Assembly: GCA_046350735.1 (NCBI GenBank)
Contig: JAXLZU010000001.1
Span: 140,530 to 204,529 of the forward strand
Length of the DNA stretch: 64,000 nt
Source: Candidatus Saccharimonadota bacterium
Lineage (GTDB): Bacteria; Patescibacteriota; Saccharimonadia; CAILAD01; BJGX01
Direction: 5' to 3'
Shown in pieces: positions 9,769-20,078 of the stretch. The position numbers and the translations under genes are program-made. Each line of letters begins with the position of its first letter. Position 1 is the stretch's first letter. The notes under the pieces are model-generated. The model saw nothing but the letters and a program-made list of their open reading frames with translations. It searched no databases and was not told the DNA's origin.

Positions 9769-10323
9769 ATGATTGCGAAAATAAGTGGAACAGTTAGTGA
9801 AAAACTAGTTACGAGTGTTATTGTAGATGTTATGGGAGTTGGTTATGAAGTTTTCTTAACTCCACGATCCTTCGATACAATTTTGCCTGGCGAGAAGGCC
9901 AATCTCTACATTGCTGAGCAAATAAAAGAAGATGAACATACATTGTATGGTTTTATTCATTTAGACGAGAGACAAATGTATTTTCAGCTTAATTCTGTTA
10001 GTGGCGTAGGACCAAAGGCAGCCATGGCAATACTTTCTCATCATCAAGTAGATGATATACAAGATGGTATTATGACTGACAATATAACTATATTTAGTAA
10101 TGTCTCTGGTATTGGCAAAAAAACTGCCCAAAGAATTATTTTAGAACTAAAGGGCAAATTGGTAGAAGCGCCAGAGAAGAAAGCATCTCCAGACGATCCA
10201 GCATATCTTGCGCTTCTTAGTTTGGGTTATAGTGCAAAAGATGCTGCTACGGCACTACAGAATGTTGAGACAAATTTAGAAACAAATGAGAGAGTAAAAC
10301 AAGCCCTAAAAGGGGTGAAATAA
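9769..10323 (+). CDS. ruvA: Holliday junction branch-migration protein RuvA
   Basis: 'MIAKISGTV...' is the typical RuvA N-terminus. The track ORF starts at 9736 and the true start is ambiguous. Has an HhH region ('NSVSGVGPKAAMAIL'). Confidence 0.85.
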   Translation: MIAKISGTVSEKLVTSVIVDVMGVGYEVFLTPRSFDTILPGEKANLYIAEQIKEDEHTLYGFIHLDERQMYFQLNSVSGVGPKAAMAILSHHQVDDIQDGIMTDNITIFSNVSGIGKKTAQRIILELKGKLVEAPEKKASPDDPAYLALLSLGYSAKDAATALQNVETNLETNERVKQALKGVK

Positions 10324-11355
10324 ATGATAGAACGACAAGAAGAGTCAGAACAGATTGAAGAACAGGCCGAAGAACAAGCCTTTGAAGATGTCCTGCGTCC
10401 ACAAAAATTTGAAGACTACATTGGTCAACAGCAACTAAAGAAAACTCTACAACTTGCTATGAGTGCAGCCAAGGGTCGCAACGAACCAGTTGACCACGTG
10501 TTGCTATATGGACCTCCCGGGCTTGGCAAAACTACCCTTGCACATGTTATTGCAAACGAAATGGGTAGAACTATTAAGGTTACAAGTGGCCCTGCCATTG
10601 AAAGAGCCGGAGATTTAGCATCATTACTTACAAATTTAGAAGAAGGCGATATTCTTTTTATTGACGAGATTCACCGGTTGCCAAGAAGTGTAGAAGAAAT
10701 ATTGTACCCTGCTATGGAAGACTATGTAATAGATATTATGTTAGGCAAGGGGCCATCAGCTCAGAGTTTGCGACTAGACCTGCCCAAATTTACCATGGTG
10801 GGTGCCACTACTCGTTATGGTTCGCTGGGTGGTCCGTTGCGCGATCGATTTGGCTTGGTAGGTAAACTAGAGTACTACAGTCCAGAAGAAATTGCCCATA
10901 TCCTTTCTCGTACAGCAAAAATTCTCGATATAGAAATTTCGTCGGCTGCAGTGAATGAAATGGCAAAACGAACACGCCTAACTCCTCGTATTGCAAATCG
11001 ATTGATGAAACGAGTACGTGATTGGGCACAAGTGCATGGTAACGGCACCATTGATGCAGAAGCATTAGATGAGACTCTAAAGCTACTCAATATTGATGAG
11101 TATGGATTAGAGGCTGCCGATAGAAAAATACTTAGACTAATTATTGATAATTATTCTGGTGGCCCAGTAGGGATAGGCACAATTGCTGCAGCTAGCGGTG
11201 AGGAGAAGCAGACCATAGAAGATGTGTACGAGCCTTATTTAATGCAAATTGGTTTGCTCGAGCGCACTCATCAAGGTCGCAGAGCAACAGAGAAAGCATA
11301 TTTACACCTTGGGGTAAAACCACCAAATACCAACAGTCAGGATAGTCTTTTGTAA
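10324..11355 (+). CDS. ruvB: Holliday junction ATP-dependent helicase RuvB
   Basis: Walker A '[11 protein letters not shown]', 'LFIDEIHRL'; 343 aa. Confidence 0.95.
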   Translation: MIERQEESEQIEEQAEEQAFEDVLRPQKFEDYIGQQQLKKTLQLAMSAAKGRNEPVDHVLLYGPPGLGKTTLAHVIANEMGRTIKVTSGPAIERAGDLASLLTNLEEGDILFIDEIHRLPRSVEEILYPAMEDYVIDIMLGKGPSAQSLRLDLPKFTMVGATTRYGSLGGPLRDRFGLVGKLEYYSPEEIAHILSRTAKILDIEISSAAVNEMAKRTRLTPRIANRLMKRVRDWAQVHGNGTIDAEALDETLKLLNIDEYGLEAADRKILRLIIDNYSGGPVGIGTIAAASGEEKQTIEDVYEPYLMQIGLLERTHQGRRATEKAYLHLGVKPPNTNSQDSLL

Positions 11356-11384
11356 AAAATATGGTATACTAACTACAAAATACT

Positions 11385-11969
11385 ATGGATGAGAAAACTA
11401 CACGAGCAACAATGTATCCAGGTCAGCCCGTTGATGAAATAACACAACGGGTAATTTACAAACATATTATTTCTATTATGCCATTTATGTTTGTAGTCTT
11501 AGTAATGGGTATAGTTGGAATAATTGCAGCATATTATTTACAGAGCAATCCACAGATAACGACCTACGTGCCAGAAATATTTATTAGTTTGGGCTCACTT
11601 CTTTATATGCTAATTCTTATATTTCTCTTTGTTGGTGTCCTGTGGATCTGGCGTCGTAATAAAATCGTTATTACCAATCAGCATATTGTGGATGTCGATC
11701 AGCTAGGGTTGTTTAATCGTCGTGTATCAACATTACGTCTTGGTGAAATACAAGACCTCTCGGCTGACGTGCATGGTCCTACTCAAACAATTTTTCAATA
11801 TGGAACTTTATATATTCAAACTGCTGGTGAACGCGAAAACTTTACATTTGATTACGTGCCTCACCCCTACGAGCTAGAACATTATATTTTAGAAATACGT
11901 CAAAACTTCCATGGCGAATCAGGCGGATCACTTACTCAAGATCCAGTAGGGCCAAACCAACCGCAGTAG
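11385..11969 (+). CDS. Membrane protein with a bacterial PH-like (YdbT/bPH_2-like) domain
   Basis: Two TM helices, then 'ITNQHIVDVDQLGLFNRRVSTLRLGEIQDL...TLYIQTAGERENFTFDYVPHPYELEHYI'. Confidence 0.4.
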   Translation: MDEKTTRATMYPGQPVDEITQRVIYKHIISIMPFMFVVLVMGIVGIIAAYYLQSNPQITTYVPEIFISLGSLLYMLILIFLFVGVLWIWRRNKIVITNQHIVDVDQLGLFNRRVSTLRLGEIQDLSADVHGPTQTIFQYGTLYIQTAGERENFTFDYVPHPYELEHYILEIRQNFHGESGGSLTQDPVGPNQPQ

Positions 11970-12909
11970 CAAATAATGGGGCAATTTTTTTAGGAATTGG
12001 CTTAAGAGGATATTTGCCAATTCTTTTCCATGGGTCAGCGATAGTTACGGGTATATCTAGTATGCTTTGCATATACTCCGCAATACCTGGAATAACTGCA
12101 CCACCCCCACAAAGAATTATTTGCTCGGTGTTATAGATTGGTATGATATTTTGTAGAGCACTAAACAATGGTGCCAATACTAATTTGCTCGCCTCACGAA
12201 TCTTAACTTGCAAAGCACTTGGTAAAAAACCAAGACTAAATAGTAACTCAGTTGTTTCGTTAACTGGCATATTGAGTTTTTCGGCAAGTAGAGCAGCGAA
12301 TGAATCAACACCAAGATTTAGTTTTTGCGTAGATATAACTAGTGTATTAACTACGCCTACTACTGTTTCATTGCTACCAATATCAACGATGATAGCAGAT
12401 TGGGCTGTAATACCAAGTGTGCGAATAGCAGCTGATAGCTCATGGTCGGAGTTTGTAACTGTGCCAAGCTCTGAGAGAGTATTTAGATGTGCCGCAATAA
12501 TGGTTTGCGCACTTGCTATAGACACAGATAATGATTGACTGTGTCTATACGTGTTAATTATTAGATCATCAACTGTTGTATTGAGGCTTTTTATGGCTTG
12601 TTGTACAAATTCATCGGCAGAAACATTATGTTGAATAAAGGTGTGACGATCGGGCAGAGCTATCGCTAAATTTCGACCAGAAAATTCTCCATAATTAGGA
12701 GACTGTAGGAGATTTTGTAATGCAGGAAGATATTGAGAAGGGTGGAGAATCGAGTCAACTCTTCTGTTATTGTTAATATTTACTCTTGCATAAGCCAATA
12801 ATGCTATTTTGCTGTCTTTTCTCTTCTGTAACTGCACTGCCTTAATAGAGCTGCGGCCAATATCTAAACCAATGCTACTATTTTCGCCAGTCTGTAAAAA
12901 ACGTTTCAT
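11932..12909 (-). CDS. pilM: Type IV pilus assembly ATPase-like protein PilM
   Basis: 'SIGLDIGRSSIKAVQLQK' actin-like N-terminus; 325 aa. Lies directly downstream of the pilin gene on the same strand. Confidence 0.8.
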   Translation of the reverse strand: MKRFLQTGENSSIGLDIGRSSIKAVQLQKRKDSKIALLAYARVNINNNRRVDSILHPSQYLPALQNLLQSPNYGEFSGRNLAIALPDRHTFIQHNVSADEFVQQAIKSLNTTVDDLIINTYRHSQSLSVSIASAQTIIAAHLNTLSELGTVTNSDHELSAAIRTLGITAQSAIIVDIGSNETVVGVVNTLVISTQKLNLGVDSFAALLAEKLNMPVNETTELLFSLGFLPSALQVKIREASKLVLAPLFSALQNIIPIYNTEQIILCGGGAVIPGIAEYMQSILDIPVTIADPWKRIGKYPLKPIPKKIAPLFATAVGLALLDLE

Positions 12910-12929
12910 TACTCAGACCGGTATTTATA

Positions 12930-13343
12930 TCAGTTGGCGCTTGTTACTTCGTAAACGTTGGTGGTACCAGACTTAATATCTTTGTCGTTACCATTTTCTA
13001 AATTTGCTCGCAAAATATAAGAGTTGGGTGGATTACCAACAGTAATATATACATAATTCTGTTTTGTCTTCGGGTCTGTGGGAAGAGTAGTGAGGTAAGG
13101 TACGGTACCTTGTGTAAGTACATTTAAGTTGGCCGGATAGGCATTGTTGTCATTATAATAACTCTCTAAGCTAGCCTTTATTTTTCGAAGGTCAGATTTG
13201 CGTTGACTGTCTCTTGCGCGAGCTGGCCCAGACAAGAGGCTCGGCACAATTAAAACTGCCAAGATACCAACAATAACAATAACAATTAATAATTCTATTA
13301 GTGTAAAACCTTGTTGATCGCGCAGCCGCGAGAATATCTGCAT
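12930..13343 (-). CDS. Type IV pilin / pseudopilin (class III signal peptide)
   Basis: 'MQIFSRLRDQQGFTLIELLIVIVIVGILAVL' is the prepilin-peptidase motif G|FTLIE. Strong RBS (complement of 'cctcct') immediately upstream. Confidence 0.85.
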   Translation of the reverse strand: MQIFSRLRDQQGFTLIELLIVIVIVGILAVLIVPSLLSGPARARDSQRKSDLRKIKASLESYYNDNNAYPANLNVLTQGTVPYLTTLPTDPKTKQNYVYITVGNPPNSYILRANLENGNDKDIKSGTTNVYEVTSAN

Positions 13344-13499
13344 TTTCCTCCTCTTTGTTGTCGATTACAGTTATTGTAAACCTGTTATGGTTGTGGCGTC
13401 AAGATTATTACTTTCTTAACGCAAAAAGGGGCAGAAAGTATATACTTATTGTAGTTACGCTTTACTTTCGGTTTTTTGTTGTGATAGACTAAAAAAATT

Positions 13500-14804
13500 A
13501 TGAGGGTTAAGGGGGTAATTCTTAGTTTAATACTAGCAAGTATGATAGCGATATTTCATTCGTCAGTATCTGCTTTGGCGCAGTCTATTCAGGGCTCTAC
13601 TACTATTGTAATATCAGAGATATCAATGGGCACATCTGCATCGGCAAGTAATGAGTTTGTTGAGCTCTACAATAATGCAAAGACAGACATAGATGTAAGT
13701 AATTGGACTATCTATTACAAATCTTCTACTGGTAAAACATGGACTAAAAAAGCAAGTCTGCCACAGAATACTATTATTCACTCTCACGACTACTTACTTA
13801 TAGCATCTGAGTTGTCCGGTGCCGATGTTAAATTGAGTTCAGGTTTAGCACAGACTGGCGGTACGGTGCAGTTAAGAGACACAAATGGCACTAATATAGA
13901 TATGGTTGGCTGGGGCACGGCCGATACATCAGAACTACAAGCTGCCACTGCTGCTCAGGCTGACGAAGCGGTCTATAGACAATTTGATGATCAAACACAA
14001 ACTATGATTGATAGCGATAACAATTTCTCAGATTTTGATATATCAAGTACTGCTACACCAAAGTTACCACCGGCCATAGAGATACCTGCACCTGATATTA
14101 CTACTACATATCCTGTAATTAGTTTAAGTGAATTATTGCCCGACCCAGTGGCTCCCCAATCTGATACTAGCGATGAATTTATAGAGCTATATAATCCAAA
14201 TAATACCGAAGTTAACTTATCTGGTTGGATACTAAAAGATGCTGGTGGGACAAGCTACATACTAAAAGACAAAACTATTCCTTCACTTGGCTATCTAACC
14301 GTTACGAGCGCCGAATCTTCACTTTCTCTAAATAACAGTGGTGATAGTATTTATCTTTATTCTCCAGATAATAATCTTGTCGATGAGTCGGCTGATTATG
14401 GCAATGCCAAGCCAGGACTGAGTTGGGCAGTGGTAGGCAATAGTTGGTCTTGGACTGTTTCGCCTACCCCAAATGCTGCCAATAGCACTGTTTATGTTGA
14501 AACTATTACTTCAAAACCAGCTAATACTACTAAAACAACTACCGCTAAAAAAGCAGCAGTTGTAAAAAAAGCCGCCACCAGTAAGGTTGCTAAGGCAAAA
14601 GCAAAACCAAGTAGTACATCTTCTACTAAGAGCAATCAGGATAATCCAAATACACAAACAAGTACAAGCTCTAACTCTCTAATATGGTCGTGGTTGCTGA
14701 TTGCGCTAGGAGTCGGTACCATAGGATATGGAATATATGAATACCGACCAGAAATCATTGCGGCTTACCACCGACTTGTCACAAAGTTTGGCGCTAGCAA
14801 ATAA
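13500..14804 (+). CDS. Secreted/anchored protein with two lamin-tail domains (LTD)
   Basis: Signal peptide. 'ISEISMGTSASASNEFVELYNNAKTDIDVSNWTIYY' and a second 'SELLPDP...DEFIELYNPNNTEVNLSGWILKD' are LTD signatures. S/T/K-rich linker and a C-terminal TM helix. Confidence 0.7.
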   Translation: MRVKGVILSLILASMIAIFHSSVSALAQSIQGSTTIVISEISMGTSASASNEFVELYNNAKTDIDVSNWTIYYKSSTGKTWTKKASLPQNTIIHSHDYLLIASELSGADVKLSSGLAQTGGTVQLRDTNGTNIDMVGWGTADTSELQAATAAQADEAVYRQFDDQTQTMIDSDNNFSDFDISSTATPKLPPAIEIPAPDITTTYPVISLSELLPDPVAPQSDTSDEFIELYNPNNTEVNLSGWILKDAGGTSYILKDKTIPSLGYLTVTSAESSLSLNNSGDSIYLYSPDNNLVDESADYGNAKPGLSWAVVGNSWSWTVSPTPNAANSTVYVETITSKPANTTKTTTAKKAAVVKKAATSKVAKAKAKPSSTSSTKSNQDNPNTQTSTSSNSLIWSWLLIALGVGTIGYGIYEYRPEIIAAYHRLVTKFGASK

Positions 14805-15210
14805 CCTTGCTAGTATTGTTCAGCCACCCCAATTAATAGAATTAGTTGGAGATTTGGGTGGTGGTAAAACTACTTTTACAAAAGCATTTGGTAAAGCACT
14901 TGGAGTAGAAAAAACCATTACTAGTCCTACCTTTAATATTCATCGTAGCTATGAATATGGAAAAACTAATAGACTAGAACACTTTGATCTTTACCGTCTA
15001 AACGATGACGAAATTGTCCTTAACGAACTGCAAGAAAAGTTGAACGACCCTAAAACCATAACGGTAGTTGAATGGGCTGGCAATTTTTCACATACCCTAG
15101 CAAAGGATAGACTGGTAGTAGAGTTTCATTTTATAAATGAAGAGAAAAGAGAAATTGTAATGACTGCTACAGGGGTAAAGAGCCAGGCAATTTTGGAGAA
15201 GCTAAAATGA
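14728..15210 (+). CDS. tsaE: tRNA t6A37 threonylcarbamoyladenosine biosynthesis protein TsaE
   Basis: 'GDLGGGKTTFTKAFGKALGV...ITSPTFNIHRSYEYG...HFDLYRL'. The track start overlaps the LTD gene by 77 bp, so the true start is probably further downstream (a non-ATG start is possible). Confidence 0.75.
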   Translation: MEYMNTDQKSLRLTTDLSQSLALANNLASIVQPPQLIELVGDLGGGKTTFTKAFGKALGVEKTITSPTFNIHRSYEYGKTNRLEHFDLYRLNDDEIVLNELQEKLNDPKTITVVEWAGNFSHTLAKDRLVVEFHFINEEKREIVMTATGVKSQAILEKLK

Positions 15211-15602
15211 TATTAGCATTACGCACAGATTCTCCTACGGCTGAAATATATTTAGTCAGTAATTATCAAGAGATTGATCAAATAAAATGGTTGGCGCAGC
15301 GTAATTTGGCCGATGAATTGCTTATTAAAATAGAAGAGCTTCTTAAGAAAAATAACACTCAATTAAATGATCTAGGCGGAATAATTGTGTTTACCGGAGA
15401 AGGATCGTTTACTGGACTGAGAATAGGCACTACTGTTGCTAATTCGATTGCCTATGCGCTATCGATACCTGTACTGGCCTCTAGTGGTAAGGACTGGATT
15501 CTGTCTGGAGCTAAGAAACTTGTAACAGCAAAAAGTAATAATTATGTAATACCACAATATTCAGCAGAGCCGAATATTACCTCTCCAAAGCCAAAAACTT
15601 GA
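15207..15602 (+). CDS. tsaB: TsaB/YeaZ-like (inactive Kae1 paralog), short form
   Basis: 'MILALRTDSPTAEIYLV...FTGEGSFTGLRIGTTVANSIAYALSIPV'. Confidence 0.7.
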   Translation: MILALRTDSPTAEIYLVSNYQEIDQIKWLAQRNLADELLIKIEELLKKNNTQLNDLGGIIVFTGEGSFTGLRIGTTVANSIAYALSIPVLASSGKDWILSGAKKLVTAKSNNYVIPQYSAEPNITSPKPKT

Positions 15603-15723
15603 TTTAGTACTGAGAATGGTACTACTATAAATATAGTTAGTTATTTTTTATTTTTGGAAATTAATCAAAATCTAATCTAGTTTGCCAAACCAACAGGCTA
15701 GACTTGAGAATATGAGGTGAAAA

Positions 15724-17241
15724 ATGCCAATAGTAATTTTAATTGCTGCCATTTTGGGTGCTGGTGCCCTTGGGTATGGCGGTAGTTTAGTTGTAAGCAA
15801 AAAGAAAAGTCAGACAGAGAAGGCTGAAGCCGAAAAAACACTCGAAGCAGCAAAAACAAAGGCAAAAGAAATCGAACTAAAAGCCAAGGAAGAAGCTATT
15901 GCGCTGCAAAAAGAAACCAAAGACTTAGAAGCCAAGCGCCAAGCACGATTAGACGAGCAAGAAAAAAGAATGTTAGAGCGAGAGAAACTATTTGATTCCA
16001 AAATAGAATCTGTCGAGCGTCGTGCACAGACACTTGATAATGATGAAAAAGAAATTGAGGCTATTAAGCAAGAGTTGCGCGAGATTAAAGATAGGCAAAT
16101 TAAGAATCTAGAAAAAATTGCCAAAATGAAAAAGAAAGAAGCTAGTGAAAAGTTAATGCAGATGACAGAAAAAGAAATAAAGGCCGATTTGGTAGAATAT
16201 GTAGAAAAGCTAAAGCGCGATGCTAGTGAAAATGCCGATGACGATGCAAAAGAAATAATGGCACAGGCAATGGAGCGCATGGCTACTAGCCAAGCGGTAG
16301 AACGGACTGTTACCACAGTTGCTATTCCGAGCGATGAAGTGAAGGGTAAAATTATCGGTAAAGAGGGTCGTAATATTCAAAGTTTTGAACGCCTTACTGG
16401 AGTTGATGTACTTATTGATGAGAGTCCTGGTGTTATTACGCTTTCTGGTTTTGATCCTATTCGTCGCCAAGTAGCCAGAGTGGCAATGGAGCAATTAGTA
16501 AAAGACGGTCGTATTCACCCTGGACGTATCGAAGAAATTGTAGAGAAGGCACAAAAAGAAATAGACCAAGAAACTAAGAAGGCAGGAGAGCAAGCTGCTC
16601 GTGATGCTAAGGTTGTAGGTTTGCCACCAGAAATTAATAAACTTATGGGACAGTTAAAGTATCGTACAAGTTTTAGTCAGAACGTCTTACACCATTCTGT
16701 AGAGATGGCACATTTGGCAGCTATGATTGCCGAAGAGATTGGTGCCGATATACAAGTTAGTCGAACCGCTGCATATTTGCACGATCTTGGTAAGGCGGTA
16801 AGTCATGAGGTAGAAGGTAAACACCATCATATTACTGGCGATATTATGCGCAAAGAAGGGTTCGATGAAGCCACTGTTCATGCTGCTGAGGCGCACCATG
16901 ACGATTTAGAGGCTACTACTCCTGAGGCATTAATTGTAAGAGCGGTAGATGCATTAAGCGCAGGGCGTCCTGGCGCACGTGGTGATACTGCCGAAAACTT
17001 TGGCAAGCGTATGACAGACTTAGAGAATGTTGCCAAGGCTTTTCCGGGTGTAGAAAAAGTATATGCCATGTCTGCAGGCCGAGAAATTCGGGTTTTTGTA
17101 AGCCCAGAAAATGTAGACGACTTAACTGCAATAAAGTTGGCTCGTGATATTGCTACGAAAATTGAAGCTACGTTAAAGTATCCCGGTACAATAAAAGTTA
17201 ATATCATTCGCGAAACCCGTGCTGTGGAATTTGCAAAATAA
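15724..17241 (+). CDS. rny: Ribonuclease Y
   Basis: N-terminal TM helix, coiled-coil region, KH domain ('GKIIGKEGRNIQSFERLTGVDV') and HD domain ('HHSVEMAHLAAMIAEEIG...LHDLGKA'). Confidence 0.9.
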   Translation: MPIVILIAAILGAGALGYGGSLVVSKKKSQTEKAEAEKTLEAAKTKAKEIELKAKEEAIALQKETKDLEAKRQARLDEQEKRMLEREKLFDSKIESVERRAQTLDNDEKEIEAIKQELREIKDRQIKNLEKIAKMKKKEASEKLMQMTEKEIKADLVEYVEKLKRDASENADDDAKEIMAQAMERMATSQAVERTVTTVAIPSDEVKGKIIGKEGRNIQSFERLTGVDVLIDESPGVITLSGFDPIRRQVARVAMEQLVKDGRIHPGRIEEIVEKAQKEIDQETKKAGEQAARDAKVVGLPPEINKLMGQLKYRTSFSQNVLHHSVEMAHLAAMIAEEIGADIQVSRTAAYLHDLGKAVSHEVEGKHHHITGDIMRKEGFDEATVHAAEAHHDDLEATTPEALIVRAVDALSAGRPGARGDTAENFGKRMTDLENVAKAFPGVEKVYAMSAGREIRVFVSPENVDDLTAIKLARDIATKIEATLKYPGTIKVNIIRETRAVEFAK

Positions 17242-17256
17242 ACAAAAGGAGAAAGT

Positions 17257-17529
17257 ATGACCAAACGAGAACTTGTAGAAGAAGTAGCGAAAGCTGCGAA
17301 TATAACAAACAAACAAGCCGAACGGGTTATCGAAAAAACTGCACTAATAATAATGAGTGAGGTTAAACACGGCCAAAAAGTAAACATTACTGGCTTCGGT
17401 ACATTTTATTTAGGTAAGCGCGCAGCTCGTGCTGGTATAAATCCAAATACCGGAGATAAGATAGATATACCCAAAATTATGTTACCAAAGTTTCGTGCAG
17501 GCTCTAGATTTAAAAGCATGGTTCGCTAA
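17257..17529 (+). CDS. hup: DNA-binding protein HU
   Basis: 90 aa. 'MTKRELVEEVA...ITGFGTFYLGKRAARAGINPNTGDKIDIPKIMLPKFRAG'. Confidence 0.9.
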   Translation: MTKRELVEEVAKAANITNKQAERVIEKTALIIMSEVKHGQKVNITGFGTFYLGKRAARAGINPNTGDKIDIPKIMLPKFRAGSRFKSMVR

Positions 17530-17570
17530 CCATTTTCAAAGCATAAGCATAAAGACTATAATAAACAACT

Positions 17571-18830
17571 ATGAGTACTACTAATTTACCCGACGAAAAA
17601 GTTGTAGAGCAAATATCAAAATTACCAAAAGTTCGTATGACGTTATTTCGGGATATAGATGTAGCCCAGCAAGGATTTGTTTTGCTAAAACTCAGCAAGC
17701 GAATTCGACAAAATGTTATTGAAAATTTAGATAACAAAGAACTTATCGACTTACTTAATCACTTAGATCCAGACAAAGCAACAGACATTATTCAAGAGCT
17801 TAAAACTCATCGTGCCAAGAAGATAACTTCAGCGTTGAATGTAGAAGTAAAAGAAAAAGTTGAGACGTTGTTAAGTTTTAATCCTAAAACTGCAGCCGGT
17901 TTAATGAATCTTGACTATGTTGTGGTACAACCAAATGCACATTTTGCCGATGTCGCTAAAGATTTAATAGAGCATGAAAAACGTACTGGAAAATTTCCGG
18001 CAATTCTCGTTATAGATAAAGGCAAGCTTGTTGGCGAATTGCCAGGACACGAACTGGCGGTACGGTCGAGCAGGGATAAAATAGAAAATTATATAAAAAA
18101 AATCCCGGCTATTAAGTATGACAGTGACGAACATAAGGTGGTTAATTCATTTATTAAAAATCCTCACAATAAAGTTGCAGTGCTAGATGCGGATGATAGT
18201 GTACTTGGAATAATTCACTCGGATGATCTATTGGCCCTGATTGACAAGCGAACCGCCAATGATTTGTATGGGTTTGCAGGTGTTAGTAAAGAAGAAGATG
18301 CTTTAGATGGAGTAGGTACAAAAGTAAAACGCAGATATTTGTGGCTGGTCATTAACCTTGGCACAGCCTTTTTAGCAGCTTCGGTAGTTGGATTGTTTGA
18401 AAACACTATTTCTAAATTAACTCTACTTGCAGTCTATATGCCAATTGTGGCAGGAATGGGCGGGAATGCAGCAACCCAAACACTCGCCGTTGCAGTACGT
18501 GGTCTGGTTTTAAAAGAGATTGATCTCAAACACGGAATTGGGTTTGCTGCGAGAGAGTTAGGCGCCGGTATTATCAATGGTGCTATAAATGGCACTATCG
18601 TGGCGCTAGTAGCTATCTTTGTTAATAAGAACCCAATGCTTGGCTTGGTATTAGCAATGGCTATGATTGGCAACTTAATTATCGCTTCGGTTGCAGGTGC
18701 AATTATACCGCTCATTATGAAAGCACTCGGTAAAGACCCTGCTACATCGGCAACTATCTTTATTACTACCTGTACTGATGTAGGTGGGTTTTTTATATTT
18801 CTTGGCTTAGCCCAACTTATGCTAGTATAA
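17571..18830 (+). CDS. mgtE: Magnesium transporter MgtE
   Basis: MgtE N-domain, CBS pair, and C-terminal TM region with 'MPIVAGMGGNAATQTLAV' and 'TDVGGFFIFLGLA'. Confidence 0.9.
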   Translation: MSTTNLPDEKVVEQISKLPKVRMTLFRDIDVAQQGFVLLKLSKRIRQNVIENLDNKELIDLLNHLDPDKATDIIQELKTHRAKKITSALNVEVKEKVETLLSFNPKTAAGLMNLDYVVVQPNAHFADVAKDLIEHEKRTGKFPAILVIDKGKLVGELPGHELAVRSSRDKIENYIKKIPAIKYDSDEHKVVNSFIKNPHNKVAVLDADDSVLGIIHSDDLLALIDKRTANDLYGFAGVSKEEDALDGVGTKVKRRYLWLVINLGTAFLAASVVGLFENTISKLTLLAVYMPIVAGMGGNAATQTLAVAVRGLVLKEIDLKHGIGFAARELGAGIINGAINGTIVALVAIFVNKNPMLGLVLAMAMIGNLIIASVAGAIIPLIMKALGKDPATSATIFITTCTDVGGFFIFLGLAQLMLV

Positions 18831-18855
18831 ACATAACATTAATGCGGAGTTAGAA

Positions 18856-19917
18856 ATGAAAGAAGGCGAGCAGAAGACAGAAGAAGCTGTTGTAAGCAAG
18901 GACACTCAAAGCGAAGAAAAAGCTAATGAACAGACCAATTCGCTACAATCAACACAGCAGACAGTAAAAAAAACCAAAAAAGTTTGGTACAAGAATCCAT
19001 GGTTTTGGATAGGTATAGTAGCGGCAACAGTTGGCGTGGTAAGTATTACACTTGGTCTTATTTATCGCAGTAATGTTCTAAAAACAAACCAAGCTATTAC
19101 AGATGGTTGGGTTGATATTACTACTCAAGCGAACCAAGTTGTGGTTTTGCAAAACAGACTTAGCAGCACAAAGGACTACAACTCATACTCTATACAGTTG
19201 CATAGTATGGATAACTCAATAACGAACAGAAAAAATGCTAGTAATAGCTTGCCGGCCTGGCTTAATAATACTGCTGAGTTGAATCGCTATAAGGAGTTCT
19301 TGAGCCAATACAGTGCCTATATCGGCAAGTCTGCATCTTTAAGTGACACACCAGACAAAATCAGTACGAGCGATATTAGCTCGCTGAGTGATAATTCTAA
19401 ATCTGCCCAGGCGGCTGCAGAAAATCTTAAAAATAACTCTTCTTTCTTGCAAGCACAAATGCCAGAAGATATTTATAAAATCCCGCAGACATTACAAATG
19501 GTGGTAGACACACTATTGAATAAACAAAAACAAACTGCCGCAGAGCAGCAAGCCGCAGCTAATGCTGCTGCTAAAGATGCAGCCAACCAACAGGCAGTGA
19601 CAACTTCTGTTACTACCTTTCAAAATGGTTTTGTAGCTGGTAATGCCGCCGCTATGCGTCCGGTAATGACTACTGGATTCCAGAATGAATATAACTTTAA
19701 CCAATTAAATCCTGACCAACGCCAGTATCAGTATCCAGCAAGCTTTCGTATTATTAATGTAACCAAGCAAACAGACGGAACCTATAAGGCGAATGTGAAT
19801 GTGTTGTTTAAATATACAGACAACCCCAACCAATACACTCAGGGCTATGAATATAGTGTCATTAGCTCTAATGGCAAGTGGTTACTCAATAATGAAAAAC
19901 AAACTAATAGCTTCTAG
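18856..19917 (+). CDS. Hypothetical membrane-anchored protein (N-terminal TM helix, Q/A/N-rich)
   Basis: ORF with RBS 'ggagttag'. Single TM helix 'WFWIGIVAATVGVVSITLGLIY'. No recognisable domain. Confidence 0.45.
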   Translation: MKEGEQKTEEAVVSKDTQSEEKANEQTNSLQSTQQTVKKTKKVWYKNPWFWIGIVAATVGVVSITLGLIYRSNVLKTNQAITDGWVDITTQANQVVVLQNRLSSTKDYNSYSIQLHSMDNSITNRKNASNSLPAWLNNTAELNRYKEFLSQYSAYIGKSASLSDTPDKISTSDISSLSDNSKSAQAAAENLKNNSSFLQAQMPEDIYKIPQTLQMVVDTLLNKQKQTAAEQQAAANAAAKDAANQQAVTTSVTTFQNGFVAGNAAAMRPVMTTGFQNEYNFNQLNPDQRQYQYPASFRIINVTKQTDGTYKANVNVLFKYTDNPNQYTQGYEYSVISSNGKWLLNNEKQTNSF

Positions 19918-19932
19918 AAGAGTACGAAGGAG

Positions 19933-19966
19933 CTTGCAAAATCTTAAGATTTGCAGTATCATTTTG
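19933..19966 (+). terminator. Hairpin plus U-tract terminator
   Basis: 'cttgcaaaatctt-aag-atttgcag' stem with one bulge, followed by 'tatcatttt'. Confidence 0.45.
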
Positions 19967-20078
19967 TACTTGTAGGCTCTTTTTGTAGCCCGCACCTTGT
20001 ATGCTTACATACTTTTTCTAAAGAGATTTAGAAAAACTGCAAAATGTGGTCCGCAATTTGGCGGATCTGTTTTGTCAG

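Noticed and set aside
15810-17387. Minus-strand ORFs 15810..16316 (Ser-rich, 168 aa), 16210..16494 and 16878..17387 antisense to rny
   Set aside because: They lie entirely within the strongly supported RNase Y gene, which has KH and HD domains. Their low-complexity composition comes from the antisense strand of a K/E-rich coiled-coil region.
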